A stretch of 64,000 nt of DNA from Psilocybe cubensis (Eukaryota). The translations under genes were made by a program, and so were the position numbers. Under the pieces are notes generated by a model. The model ran no database searches and was not told the origin of the DNA. It saw nothing but the letters and a program-made list of their open reading frames with translations. The number at the start of each line of letters is the position of its first letter. The first letter of the stretch is position 1. This document shows positions 1 through 13,285 of this stretch, piece by piece. Location of the stretch: assembly GCA_017499595.2 (NCBI GenBank), contig CM039005.1:310001-374000 (forward strand). Direction: 5' to 3'.

Positions 1-2491
1 CGACGTTGTGTGTAGCGGAATGAGGTCTTTGGATGACAAATTTACCTTTCATACCACACCCCGGCAACTCTTCAATATCATTGCCGTCTATAGGGACAGA
101 GGGCACGTTTTGGTAATACCGTCTCAGAGAAACACACAGAGGATGAGAACTGGCAGAGGCGAGACGAGTGATCAGGGCCGATATCAAAGAATCGTGCTCT
201 GAGGAACAGATCATTTGGTCGGTAACTTTGGGCTCAGTCCCCTCCGTCAAGGTCCCCGTCTTGTCAAAGACGACTACATCAATTTGGGAGGCCTCCTGGA
301 ACGCCTCCCCCCCTCCACGCGCAAGGATACCATGCTTGGCTGCTAGTCCTGATCCTACTAGGAGAGCAGTCGGAGCAGCAAGGCCGATTCCACATGGACA
401 AGCAATGACAAATACAGAAATTGCGAACTCCAATGTCCAATACGCTACGCGCACAATATCAGCTTTGTGAATAAAATAGAACATAAAACAAGGGCTCACG
501 CCATCCTCCAGCACTATTGGCTATTACTTCGGGATCCAGGACACCTCCGAGGCCTAAGGAAAGCCAGACAACCCAGGTGATGATGGCAAGCGCCGTCACG
601 ACTGGCACAAAATACGACGTCACGATATCAACGACTCTCTCAACAGGCGCCCGCTTCGTCTGGCCTTCTCTAACAGCCTCAATAACCTGCTCCAACCTGT
701 AAATATCTTCAGTCCGGAAAAACTTCAATTTCCCCAAATAATTCGATCCACATACATTGTACCACCATCCAGCGCCTCCACACGCATATCCACTGCGCGC
801 AGCCGGTTGATTGTCCCCACGAATATCTGGTCTCCTCTAGCTTTAACGACGTCCTTGCTTTCCCCTGTCAACGAGCTCTCGTCGAAAAACGTTGAGTCGG
901 AGGAGACGATGATGCCATCGGCTGGGGGCGTTGCGCCGGGCGGCACGCGCACGATATCGCCAACTTCAAGCATATCTACCGAGATTTTCTCGACGCCCCG
1001 GGGGTAGTGTGAAGTAGTAGGGTCAGAGGTCTCCTCGGAGGAACCTACGGATTCCGACTTAAGTCCATCTTGTGTGAGCGACTCGGAGGATGTAGGCGAT
1101 GGCGAGGCCTTTTCGTATTCCTCATTTGAAGTTACCAGGAGCGCGTCGGAGCTTCTCAGTCCACTCAAGAGTGTTATGGCGTTGGCCGCTTGGTGCTTGC
1201 TAAATGCTTCGATATATTTTCCTGGTAAAGCGTCATGAGTCAATTTTCAGAATTTCAACAATACAGGCACTTCATGAAGATAGGACGTACCAATGAGGAG
1301 AAACATGGACAAAAATCCGACCGAGTCAAAGTAAGTCATAGATCCATCTGCCTCATGTGTCCCATGCACGTCTGTAGCGGCTATGGCAAGTTCAGCGACA
1401 GAGGAGAAGTATGCCACAGAGACTCCTAGGGATATCTTGGGAGAACATCTCAAATTGATGCCAAATCTTTGGATAACAAAACGCCACACACTTACTAGAA
1501 GATTCATGCTTCCAAATCGCAGGAATCGCGTCGCCCATGACGCCTGGCTTCCTGGCTTCCATAAATGCCATAACTCTTTCAGCGATCGTCGATGGAAATC
1601 CTATTGAAGCCAGACTTTTTCAACTATCATGTCTCGTTCACGTTAATGCTCACTTACCATCGCCGAATAAAACATGACAGGAGTAGCCAAGATGAATAGT
1701 GCCCACTCCCCTCTCATTACCTGCCCTGCCCAAATCCGTTCCTCGAAATATCGTCTCCCAGGGTTATCTTTCTTTACCAACGACATGTAGACGATTCCAA
1801 TAATAAGAATGGGTATGCATGCAAGGACGGCTACAACCAGACGTTGCAATAAATTTCGCTGCTCTTTTCGATACATACTGCGTGCCATGTCGTCTGAAGA
1901 GGGAGGATGCCATAGCAATATTCTGGAGATTGGGCTGGTTGGAAGGGTATTTGAAAGGGCCTTGATAATTGTACGGATAGTAAAATTTGGTGCGGAAGGC
2001 GTATACGAAAAACGGAGGACATTAGCAGGATCTTGTTGATTTGGTGCTTCGATTGTCAATGGGGACAGTGAGGTCAAAGACAGCTTATGAAGCACGTCTG
2101 AAGCATCACTTGGTCTGAATCCAAAGGGATATCAGCTAACCTCAACTAACCATTTGTCAAAGGAAATGCCATACACGGTGCCCAAGCCCCTAAATTCCAC
2201 GGCAACACTCCTGGTCGTTCCCTTGGACATTTTCGCGGCCCCAATTGCCACAATACCCACAATCGTACACTCATACCCAATATCTTCAATCATGTTCCTC
2301 ACATCCTCCGCGAGCTCCTTGCGCACAATCACTGCCGACGCGCATTTTCCAAGCTGGTTGACCACTATGTCGGTGACGCCAGAGATCTCCGAGACCGCGT
2401 CAGTAATCGCACGTGAGCATGCGACGCATGTCATCCCACCCACAGCGAGTTGCAAGGCATAAGTCTGCGCTGGTGGAGAAATAGTGGACAT
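1..2491 (-). CDS. P1B-type heavy-metal (copper) transporting ATPase, multi-exon, 3' end runs off the window start
   Basis: N-terminal HMA motif GMTCVAC (2132-2491 ORF); YFDS motif; actuator [19 protein letters not shown] and DESSLTGES; reverse strand of ~240-420 reads [10 protein letters not shown]...[10 protein letters not shown] (CPC motif and phosphorylation site). Confidence 0.93.
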
Positions 2492-5399
2492 GGAACTAGG
2501 GTCGGGAGTGGTGATGTGGTCCTTCGTGGTCGTGGTGAAGTGGTGAAGTGGTGGTCTCTGGACTTAATTAAAAATCCGTGGAGGGAAAAGTCCAGTGGAA
2601 ATTCTTCCTGCCGTTGTTTGTCGCTAAAATATCTTCTAGTCGGGTTTTGTAATCGCAGCGAAGCCTCGAACTGGAGAGATGGCAGCCTGTAAGTAGCAGC
2701 GAGAGGGAAAAGCGACCAGAACAAAAGGCACCGTCTTTATAATCCCAACGTGATACCAATCCTGAATCTTCATCAGCCACATATAAGTCTGCGTAATATT
2801 AATAGTCCGAGCCGCATTCTTTCGGTGCGAAGTTTTGAAGCATATATGCCTCACTGAACTCGCGCGGCGTACCAATGGATCGGGATATCCAGTGGAGGTA
2901 TTCAGAAAAAGCTTCTTTGAAGGTCAGCAGTTAGTTTTCAGGTTCCTCGAGGTCTTCTTTTCTCACTGGGCACTGAGGCATTTTATGGACACCGGCCCTT
3001 CATGCTACGCGTACGCATCACTAAAGACTTGCTATGTGACGTGGAAACGGATGATATCGACGTCAAATTGCTATTTTTGCAAACAATCGCGGAGGAAATG
3101 AGTAATGTAATGGTCTTGTGCGTACGCGTGTGTGTTTTCGAGGGCTCGGTATGAGTGGGAGATGACTGAAGATGACCACTCTTTGTATTATATATCTCCG
3201 ATATTAAAACTTAAACTTCAAGTTTTGCATCAGTGCTATTGGTGGATAGCTTTCCAAGACAAATAGAAGATAGGGGTTACAATTAAAATACCCATAGCTC
3301 CAGAGTCAACCCCAGGGACTCTGTCATCAGAACGTAATAAAGGCAGCCTCTTACAAGGATGCTACGATACAATGACAATCTCGTATTCCACGCTCACCTC
3401 GCCTCGAGTTATTTCTCCACCACTTTCCCAGTATTGTCGTATAAATAGCGTGCTTGGTACGTACATCGGAGACACTCCGGGTAGTGGTGGAATATCGACG
3501 GATATCCGATGGTTGTCTTCATGGTAATCATTCATCAAGATGGCTTATGGCCAAGGCAAGGAGAAAATCTGGAGCTTGGGTGTGCGTCAAGGGTAACCGA
3601 ACCACCTAATCCAAGACCGCCGTGCGAGCAAATGCTGCGGAGGGATCGGAGCAAATATGCCTCAAATGCATCGAGGAGTATCATATTTATGGTCCTTGAA
3701 AGGGTTATGTCATAATGCATCTTTGAGATAGATAGATAATCCATTCCTCCCTTCCGACCGTTGAATATTGTCCAAATGACAGGATGAAGATGCAATGGTT
3801 CGAGAGGCGTAAGTTTTAACAAAGTTTTAACAAGGATGTTGGTCGATTAAGATTGACCGGTGTACAGTGGTATTCGATCCAGAGGATGTTGTTTAACTTT
3901 AAGCACAATACCGATCAGTTCCGCCTGTTGCGTTCCAGATTCTGCCCCATGAAGAGCAACTCCCATTGGTGTTATTCAATCACTCGTGGTGCAAACATAT
4001 CCTCTACTATCATTGTTTAGTGATCTCCTTGATTGTCGTCAACTTTCTTTATGGAGGAAGCCAGAGTTGGAACATAAGCCTTTCATAGGCCATGGTTCAT
4101 CACACGTCCAGTCGGACTTGAAAGTGCTTGTCAGATCCGAAATGTTGCCAGTACTGGTCGGTCATGGACCCTAGGAAGTGGTGTGAGACAAAGATGCAGT
4201 TGTGTGGAGATTTCCAACAGTCAAGTAGGTTTGGCTGCAGTGTGGCTTCCCGGAAAGACCGAATAGTAACAAGTCGACGTGAAGAGGGTCCAAGAATAAC
4301 ACAGAGCAAGCTAGTTAGATAATGGCAGAGCTGTGCCGACTTTTATCCGTTTAGTTTGTCAAAAAGACTTGATATGCAGAACCGTGTGCATTGAAGCCAA
4401 AAGAGCTAAAACGTGCCCTCGTTGAGCAGCTCCAACATTATCGAACGGCATATAATAAGCATTACTTCGAGAACGACGCGTCTTTTTATACTCCCGAGGA
4501 CGTCAGTTTTCAACTCAGTGTTCGCGGTGTCCATATCCGAGTGAGAAATATATAGCATTCCAGTAGCATGGAGGATGTCATAGCCGCGACAGCGAAAATG
4601 CCACAAGTAGTCGTACAGCCGCACTACAGCAGTCTTAAAGATCGGGAAACAGAGTCTGGACAGAGAACCCGGCAGAAATGCGTTCCCAGAGGGCGTATAA
4701 AAGCCCTTTGACGGTTGACAGTGCATGTTGAACATTCATTTCACAGCAGAGATCAACTTGAAGGCTCCTCGGTGCATTCATGTTGGTTTTTTTACTCCTG
4801 AGATAATAGGAAGATTAACGTTTTAGACACATGTATCAAAGATGTCGAGTATAATAAATTATAATGGAGCCAACCTTCTGAGGTCTGAGCGCCTGATCCC
4901 GTGCACGAATACATCAAAACGAGTCTGTGACAAGCCTGTGATGAGTCGAAGACGGAGTCGCTCAGGCAGACGTCCCCCACGCACTTCGGACGTCTCAGGT
5001 TGAAAACCAGCAAGACGCCGATGTCAAAAAGAAACACACGCACTCGTTCAACAACTTTTACTGACCAAAGGACCTTGAATGTGTTCCTTCTGGTCGAAAC
5101 CACGCCGAGACCTCCACGCACCACCTTCCTCGCCCCAGGTTTCTCATCTTCAGATCTCTGTAACAGTACAGACCGAGGTTGTGGCTGAAGGCGTCCTATC
5201 CGACATCCCAGAGGAACCAGAAGAGGTCGAGGACACCTTCTCACCCATTGAAGGGGAAGAGGAAGAAGCCGGTTCCTCGCCTGCCGCAGCAGGTTTCATA
5301 AATTCCCACGGTTCATTGACTCCGCCACCGCGCCGTCGTCGTCACTCTTGCCCACAACCACGACCGCCATTTTCCTCAACACCGTCCAGATTGTCCTTA

Positions 5400-6095
5400 A
5401 TGTCGCTACCACGGGGGAACTATGACCCAAGGAGGGTCTGTTTAAACCCATTCCCTGAGTTTACTCTCGGAAAACATCGTAGAACAGTTGGTGTGTATCT
5501 AGCAGGAGCCTTGGTGCGTAATTTCGATTTTAGTGCCAAAGGAACCATATAGCTAACATTGGCACTCTCCAAACAATCGAATGGCATTGAAAATAGTTTG
5601 CATTAGCCAACTGGACGTTCCTGGATGCAGCCATTCTCTCAGCACACGCCAAAGCGCCCTATGGTGCCCCGCCAGATGCGGACGCACCCGTGCATCTGAC
5701 ATTCGTGGACTGGATCCCTGGGATCTGCTCTTTGCTAGGATACCTTGTCATTAACCTTATTGACAAGGATCGCATCCGCGGAGACGAAGGTTTTGGTGAC
5801 TCACGCGCGGTGTGGCGGGCACGGTTATTCTTGTTCATTGGGTTTGCATTGATGGCGGGCGGGCTTGCTGGCAGTGTGGTGCGTTTTTTTTTCGATGATG
5901 TGTCAATGCTGTTCTGACCTGTGTCTCTCAAAGACCGTGTTGGTGTTAAAGTACATCTTGAAAGGATACCCCGAGCAGTTCACATACTACGGATATGCCA
6001 ATGTTTCTCAGAGTGTCGCACTCATGCTCTCCGCAATCGTGCTTTGGATTGCACAGAACACAAGCAGCGAATACGAGTACAATCTCACCCTGTAA
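5400..6095 (+). CDS. VPS68: Vacuolar protein sorting Vps68 / UPF0220 family small membrane protein (3 exons)
   Basis: MSLPRGNY...GVYLAGAL / FALANWTFLDAA...VHLTFVDWIPGICSLLG...WRARLFLFIGFALMAGGLAGS / VLVLKYI...SEYEYNLTL; GT-AG introns near 5513-5596 and 5879-5932. Confidence 0.85.
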
Positions 6096-6727
6096 CTGCT
6101 CATCGCGCACCACCCATTTCACATCCATTCAGAACTTTTTACCTATACTTCCGTCTCGCAGCTGTTATCGTTTCTTGATGTTGTATTACCGGATTTTGAT
6201 TCTCCATTTCAATCACATAGTGCTCAGAATTCTGTCGAGAAATTCTTATTCAGGGACTCAACGTCTACTTGTATAGAAGTATGAATAAAGGTAGTTTCCA
6301 ACAACTAGCTCACCTTCCACGTTCCAAACTCATTTAATTCTATCAGTAATATGGTTTCAAGGATAAACTCGGAACTTCTATATCAGCCTCTGAACCAGTG
6401 TTTCTCACATTTCATCCACCTGGGAGTGGATTACTGATAATTGATATATTGTTAAGACAATCTTACTGCCTCAAGAGTCTCAAGTGCGGTACCTACGAAC
6501 ACACGAATACCATGGTAATAAAGTTATCACGTTACGATGTCATGACTTACCATGTTCGGTTGATTTTCGGGTCTGTTGGATTAAACGTTGAAACCTCTGT
6601 CAAACACAGTTCCCAACAGTGGCTTTGTTAGGGTTCGTTCGTTCATAAATTCAGGCACTTTGTTTAAAGAAGGCCGTCATACAAAACGCCATTTTTTGAG
6701 GCAAGCATGGAACATTTTTGAAACCAT

Positions 6728-7633
6728 TTACCAGTTCTGAATCCATTCTAGTCTAAAATCGTCTAAAGTCAACGGTCTACTACTGCGTTCCACCACCGAA
6801 ACCTGCAAACTTTCTGAACTGAGAGTCTTGACAGACTGTAGCCGTTTCATCAAAATCTGATCCTTAGTCGCGGCGCTGTCTCTGGCTCCAGAGACAGCTA
6901 GTTCAGGTCCAGCCTGTAGCGTGATTTCGCACAAACAAGAAGGCAGTCGTGAGTGTGCCATGTAGTCGGATCGTTCGTCCAAATTTTTTCCGAATGCTAG
7001 AGCTTCTTCAAGCTCTACGACGAATGCGCCCGCTGCCCCCAGACCTGTCACCTTCAAGCTCCGCAGTGATGGGCAAGCATCCTCCAATGACGACATCTGG
7101 AATAGACCATGTGGGTTTCGATTACCGTCGAGGTGAAGGTAATTCAACAGCGGGAAGCGACCTGGTGTCGATGGGAACGGATAGAAACCGGAAATAGTGA
7201 GATTGACTAGCAATGGAAATGACGTCCTGAACACGCGCGCGATGAGAGAGGTTCCCGAAAAAGGAGACGTGGCGATAAATGTGAAGGTCTTTAACGTAGG
7301 GGCTGAAAGCGCGATGAGCCGGTTAATGTAGCGAGTTTCACGATCTGTCAGACTTTTGGGTGGCGATAACGATGTAGGTGAGGCGGTTTTGCACGACGTG
7401 TCGGACAAAAAGAGTCGTTCTATGGGGCGTAGGTGTGATGGTATAGAATCAAGGCGTTCCACAAGAGCCATGATTTGTGAGGTTCCGGTTGCACAAATGC
7501 TACGATAGAGATAAGGCTTCGTCACTTGGTTGAAATATTTTGATACACTGCTAAGAGTGCGAATAGTGGTACCGTCATCATCGCAAACTAGCTGACAGAT
7601 GTAGGCATGAAGTTCAGTTGGGAGTGTGTCCAT
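6728..7633 (-). CDS. F-box-like domain protein, 301 aa, intronless
   Basis: N-terminus MDTLPTELHAYICQL...LSSVSKYFNQVTKPYLY fits the F-box-like pattern, followed by LRR-like repeats (FPLLVNLTISG, FPLLNYLHLDG, CPSLRSLKVTG). Confidence 0.75.
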   Translation of the reverse strand: MDTLPTELHAYICQLVCDDDGTTIRTLSSVSKYFNQVTKPYLYRSICATGTSQIMALVERLDSIPSHLRPIERLFLSDTSCKTASPTSLSPPKSLTDRETRYINRLIALSAPTLKTFTFIATSPFSGTSLIARVFRTSFPLLVNLTISGFYPFPSTPGRFPLLNYLHLDGNRNPHGLFQMSSLEDACPSLRSLKVTGLGAAGAFVVELEEALAFGKNLDERSDYMAHSRLPSCLCEITLQAGPELAVSGARDSAATKDQILMKRLQSVKTLSSESLQVSVVERSSRPLTLDDFRLEWIQNW

Positions 7634-7828
7634 GATTTTAGCGGTTTTTCGGTTTTAGAGCAACAGGAAGAAAAAAGTGGTGAACGGTCGGTCGTCCAAT
7701 TGCTATAGGATGAATACGACCACCTTTTACCAAATTTACTAACCATGGTGTGCTCAGAAATCAAAAATGGCTGAAGATGGTGCTCCGATGGCGACATCTG
7801 GCGACATTGGCATACATCACATGACTTA

Positions 7829-7860
7829 CAGAACGCGTCGCGCGACGCGTTCTGACGCGT
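7829..7860. promoter_or_regulatory. 26-bp perfect palindrome and three ACGCGT (MCB-like) boxes upstream of the F-box gene
   Basis: CAGAACGCGTCGCGCGACGCGTTCTG (7829-7854) is self-complementary; ACGCGT at 7833, 7845 and 7855; about 200 bp 5' of the ATG at 7633. Confidence 0.55.
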
Positions 7861-7989
7861 GCTTTTGGCTGGGCACTTTACTTTTTCGGAGGAAATAGGC
7901 GTTAGGACAGGGGAAAACATTCCAATTTGACGTATGTATGGTACATTCTTCTGAGAGTGATATAGTCTACACTAAGGCAGTTTCTGACG

Positions 7990-8715
7990 TCAATTGTAGG
8001 CTTTGAGGGCAAGTTCCATTGCGGCGTCTATTTCAGCTTTAATTTCATTTCCAACTTTGACCAACTCGGGCTGTATGCCAAATAAATATCAAAAAAGGAA
8101 TCAGCAATGGACATCATAAAAACCAAAAAGACTGACCGGAGAAAAGGCAATAATAGCAGACCCCATGTCCGAGATGCCAGCGTTCAGACCGTCAAGGTCT
8201 CGTTTTATGATAGATGTGGCTACACCAGATGCAACCGACTCGAAAGCGGTTTTCTTTAGAATAATCTGCTCAAGAGCAGATATTATGATTGGCTTTACAA
8301 ACTTTATCGCTTCCAATATTCGTTCCGCATCTTCCAAGGAGACAGGTAGTGGTTGAACTCGCTATTAGACGAATTATATGACCCTTTGTAATTCAGAAAA
8401 GCAAAGAAAATACCTTGACACGAGCAGAGCCTTTATCTAGCGAAGCACGAAGATTGACTACGTCAAGGTGGATAGACTATGAGTGAAACGTTAGGCCATT
8501 TATAGACTGCTTCAAAATTCAAAACGTACCAACGCCATAGTCAACGACCCTCCTGTGTCTGGAAAGCTGGATAAAGCTTTCTGGAGCGCTCGTGTTCGAG
8601 AAATTATCGTAGCAATGTCTGATTCCACATCGGAGACGGTTGTGACTCCAGGTGTGCTGTAAATAGGGATGACTGAAGCTAGGGCAGCTGAGAGGAAGCT
8701 TGAAGCGAACTTCAT
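7990..8715 (-). CDS. Hydrophobic surface binding protein A (HsbA)-family secreted protein, 4 exons
   Basis: Signal peptide MKFASSFLSAALAS; TVSDVESDIATI...FPDTGGSLTMAL / SIHLDVVNL / DAERILEAI...IISALEQIILKKTAF...IKRDLDGL / EIKAEIDAAMELALKAYN*; TATA-like element ~8762-8768 on the minus strand. Confidence 0.8.
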
Positions 8716-11700
8716 GTTGCTGAGACTGAGCTAAGAACCACGACGAAGACTCTCCTCTTTCTTTTATAGCGATAATCCTTGCATAACAGATTAAGAGTAT
8801 CTTGTGGCGCATCAGGCTGATGCATGAGCTCGACTAGCTCGACAGGGTGTCTATAAATAACCAACAGAACTAGTAAATGCGTGTGCCAGTTATAGGCAAG
8901 TTTTTATGCGTTAGATCAGGCTACAGGAAGATCCCAGGTTCATTATAAGATTCGAAGACCTAGGAGGCCATAATAAATTCCCTGGATGTCGGTCAATGTC
9001 AATGATCACTACACTATCCTCCGCCCCCGTAGTGCATACACATTCCACCTTCACAGAGCAGGAAACCGAGTGCCGTCATTACGGATGTAAAATGGAGATG
9101 TCTTATGCACTTAAGAGGTAGATCTGTAAGTAAAATAGACCTCACTACCCCAGCCGAACTTCAGACATGCTTCATTCAACAAATGGCATTAACCGAGATA
9201 AAGTTTAACCGAATACCCTTTTTCTTTTCCTGCGTTCTTACACCTCTGTCTTTATACAAGTTCGGTTCCCACCTACCCGGTAAACATGAGCGACTGCATG
9301 ATAGGACCGATATAACTCTTGTCAGGAGGGCTATTTCAAGAATCCAAATCTTACAGGATAATTAACATGCATGCATGGTACTTACTACGGCATTGGGCCT
9401 GGGAGATAGTGCACACTAACGAGAGGGGTTGTGACGGCAATAGATCTAATGATGATGGTCGGGAAAGATAGCTTCTCTCAATCTGACGCGCGGTGACATG
9501 CACCGACCATTCTTGTCGTCCTTCTCAGAAATATTTCTTCAGAACAAGTTCGTGAGGAGACAAGACAGTTGTCAATTTCAAATGCAAACCAGTATAGGGA
9601 GTGGAACAGCCTATTGAAATCAATCGATATGGTTGAATCTTACTGGATAGTAAAAGGTTTTGGTGGCATGACCTCAGACACATCTTACATTCAAACAAAC
9701 TGCCGGTCTGCACTGAATTCCGAACGCCATTCTCGTGAGTATGACAATGAGTGAGTTATATCGGGCACAGCAAGCTACCTTGTTCAAAGTATTCGAAGCA
9801 CGCTTAAATTGGGATGCATATGTCAACACCGAGTTCAGATAAAGGAAGATTCAAAGATAGGTCATATATGTATCTGTCAAGTTTGTTGCTTTTTGAACAG
9901 TGTCGACTTGTATACTAAGAAATCTGTGGCTGACGCAATCGCAAGGAACACAAGGGCGCGTGCCTGTTCTCAGACGTCAGGAATAATTCCGTGTAAGTCC
10001 GTTGAATGAAACACAGCTGATGAAGAGAGGTCGGTGTTGAGATGTTCCAATCGTCTTAGGTTTACGTTGATACTGGTGATGAGCAAATCCTTATCAGATT
10101 TGCAGATTTTTCTTTTTAAATGAGTGTCAAACTTGCCTCTCGTTGACTGGGATTTAATTGACGTTTAGAACACTGATTCTCCGAGTTCAAAGACAAGATT
10201 TCAACTTTTAATAGGTCTCCAAAAGTCCAACCATTGAAATTGAGCAGGGTGTCGTGTACTATCGCTGCTATCCCTGTACGTCACCTTCCCCACCATCCTT
10301 CCGATCAATGTCGATCCAGGTACATGTTTTTTGTGTGGTCCCCTTGATCGTGGGCTGTGACGCTATAGCCCTAGCCCTGGATTTTAGTTGACAACATCTC
10401 CGAGCACATGGGAGGATTGTTATAATTAAAATAGAGGCGGACTTGCAGTGCAACAGATTCCAGACTAACATAAGGCCATTGAAATTGTTGAATCTAACAC
10501 GACGATGCGACTTGTAGTAATACAACTTATCCGTCTTCCATTCTCGCCTCTCCGGAATGATCAATTATAGCAATGAGCAAATGCTACAGAGACGCGGTTT
10601 CAGTCTCATGATTAGCTGCATATTTGGCCTACTATTCGCAGGTGTCCGAAAAGTCATTATCACTCTGATTTGAGTGGTTGATCGTTTATCCTTCCTTGAG
10701 CAAGGAATGATATATATATTTAGATTGTCTGTTCATCTGATTTAGCCAATGAATTCGATGTGTTGGCAACACAACCGAACATCAACCGGCCTTCAAGGTT
10801 AACTTGAACGCCAAAGGATGTCCAGCACTGACATGAACTGGTGCCCATGCTTTCATCCTCTAATAGGGTAATCGTGCGCAAAATGCCGTCTTTGACCTTT
10901 TCTTCCAGGATAAAATCAATACTTGGTAATGATGCATAAAGTTGAATTGGATCCAATGGCTTTAAGTTGATGTAGAATCAGTGGTAGAAACTACCCTTCA
11001 CAAGAGCATAAGGTACGAATTTTGTAATGTAAGAAAACCTCATACGCCTCTGCATTAAGGATTGTACCATTGACAAGTCCGGCCGCCGGCCAAGAAAAAG
11101 AATTCATACGGATTAGGTAGGAGCGAGGAAACGAGGCTGATAAGAAGATAAATAGAGTTCAATAGACGCCCAAAGCCAATTCCTTGGCCCATCTTTCCCA
11201 ACCACAGCTACGTCCCAGTGCAATGGACTGCGATACCCGCGGACCACATTGAATCCAAAATTGGATGCCGCATGGTGTCAGACACTTCTAGATTGGCTTT
11301 GCCGCACGATGGCTTAAGGCTGCTCGGAAATCCTGCATACCTCATGTCTGACATGTCAGCATACTGCGCACCGTTTTCGCCAGACCTTGCACAGAGCTCT
11401 CTCATTTCCTGTAACTATTGACTGGTTTCTACGTCGTACTCAGAGTGGAGATACTGCGTTCAGGAAGCTTTCGAATTTCCGAGTTCCGACAATGGGCCAC
11501 CCGACGGCCCATCAGATTCAAAGGCCATGGGAAAAGGTTCTGTTGATCATGTTGTGCTGAGTTTGAAACGTGTTGCTTCGCAAATCTAGGTTTGTCACCT
11601 TTCCCCCACGCTTCTCTCCTTTAACCCTCATCTTAGAGAGCCACGTTCTGCTCACTCGCGACTTTCTACCAGCAATACCCACTTTCAAGTCGCTGAAAGC

Positions 11701-11803
11701 ACTTATCTATCAATATCACCCTTGTGAATTACTCCAAACAGTCAGTCTTAGGCGTATCAGACGCGTAAAGCTTGTTGCTGAATAGTTGTGTGCCACAGCA
11801 ATC

Positions 11804-12133
11804 ATGTCCTCGTACACCCGCCTTCCGCGCGCACCACGTCTCCAAAGCATCCCTCTCCCTCCTGTTGATGACGACTACAGGGATCAGGAGCTCCTCACAT
11901 ATGCTCTTCAAGACCGCTACTCTCCTGCGTCCTCAGAATCTTTAATTCTGAGCCCGTATACACCACCGAAGACAAGCCCCATATCCCTGTCATTTGACAA
12001 TGTCTATAGCCAGTTCCAGGCTCTCAATATTGCCGCTGGATCATCCGAAGGATCTGAGTACTACACGTCCTATGGGCACCACCGCAAATCGAGTACAGCA
12101 GGATCCAAGAAGCAAGGTCGTCGACTTGGATAG
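11804..12133 (+). CDS. Small Ser/Pro-rich hypothetical protein (~109 aa)
   Basis: Open frame with an ATG in good context (ATCATGTCC), C/T-rich leader and coding-like composition; no family recognised. Confidence 0.5.
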   Translation: MSSYTRLPRAPRLQSIPLPPVDDDYRDQELLTYALQDRYSPASSESLILSPYTPPKTSPISLSFDNVYSQFQALNIAAGSSEGSEYYTSYGHHRKSSTAGSKKQGRRLG

Positions 12134-13285
12134 TTGACCTACATCCGTCTCATGAGAGGACCAAAAGTCCTAACCAGTAGCCAACCATATTTCACCACAG
12201 ACTTTATCGAGTAGCGGGTCATTGACAGTACCAGGGGGTACTGTCGTTCATGACCGTGTCGGAGGAGTTGGGACATTTGATCGGACATGACCTGCTTACT
12301 GCAGCGCTAAGCATGGTCGTTTATTTCTTTCCCTTATGTTTCCCCCATTTTTCGCTCTGTAATCATCCCGCGTTTCCTTCTCCCGTCTTCATCAATACCT
12401 CACACATAGATATCGTCGATGTAGCACACTGATATCTGTATCATGAATTGAAAGTCCTTATCATATATCTTGAGACTACCTTGTCAATGGTCTTTGGCTA
12501 AGTGTTTAATTAGAAGTTAACAAGATGTGTGTCTCTAGCCCTTCAGATCCCTTTGTCACTCTGTGCCTTGAGCTTCTATCTTTGTGTGGTGACCACATGT
12601 TCAGATAGCACTGAGCAATCATGAACTAGTAAACAGATTATTTAAGAGGAAGCTGAACCATTGTCTCACGATACACAGGTGTCATACAGGAGCACATTTG
12701 TTATCAAACCATTGATCACACCATGTCGACCGAGAATGAATTACGCAAAGATGCTCAGACCGTTCAGCGCTGACAGATTTTTATATCTGTATATATTATT
12801 ACCCAACGACGTTTTGTGTTGATCGCCAACTCATGAAACCTCGATCATGCTTAGCTAGGCTTGACCGTACCTTTCTATGCAATATAATTAGTTTTGCGGT
12901 CCAGAACTTTATTTGCCTTGCAATCCATTGATTTATACCATAGGATTCTCTCTCCATCTCTAATCTCTGGCAGTGCTATTTCTAGCCATGACCAGGCTCC
13001 TCACATGTATGTTCAAGGTCAGCGTCCGTTTCCAGAGACGACCTTTAATTGAGTAGACTAAATCTTATTTAAAGGGCAGTTGATTGAATATCCTACCTTA
13101 ATCCTGTTCTGCTCTCGAATTCGTAGCTCACCCTTCAAGACAGCTCGTCACTATCTTTCCAACAGGGTGGCTCAGTACGTAGCAGCTCAAATAAAACTCT
13201 CTCTTTTTTGCGTTTAACCTATAGATCGTCAGTACCTTGCCATAGGGTGGTTGCAAAAACCGCATGATACTTTTCTTTTTGCAAC

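Noticed and set aside
3200-4735. Scattered minus-strand ORF fragments
   Set aside because: I could not assemble a consistent spliced gene or recognise any domain.
5079-5399. Acidic in-frame N-terminal extension upstream of Vps68
   Set aside because: It has no ATG (GTG start), and Vps68-like sequence begins at the ATG at 5400.
9500-11420. Short ORFs in a long intergenic region
   Set aside because: No coherent exon chain or motifs; a degraded gene cannot be excluded.
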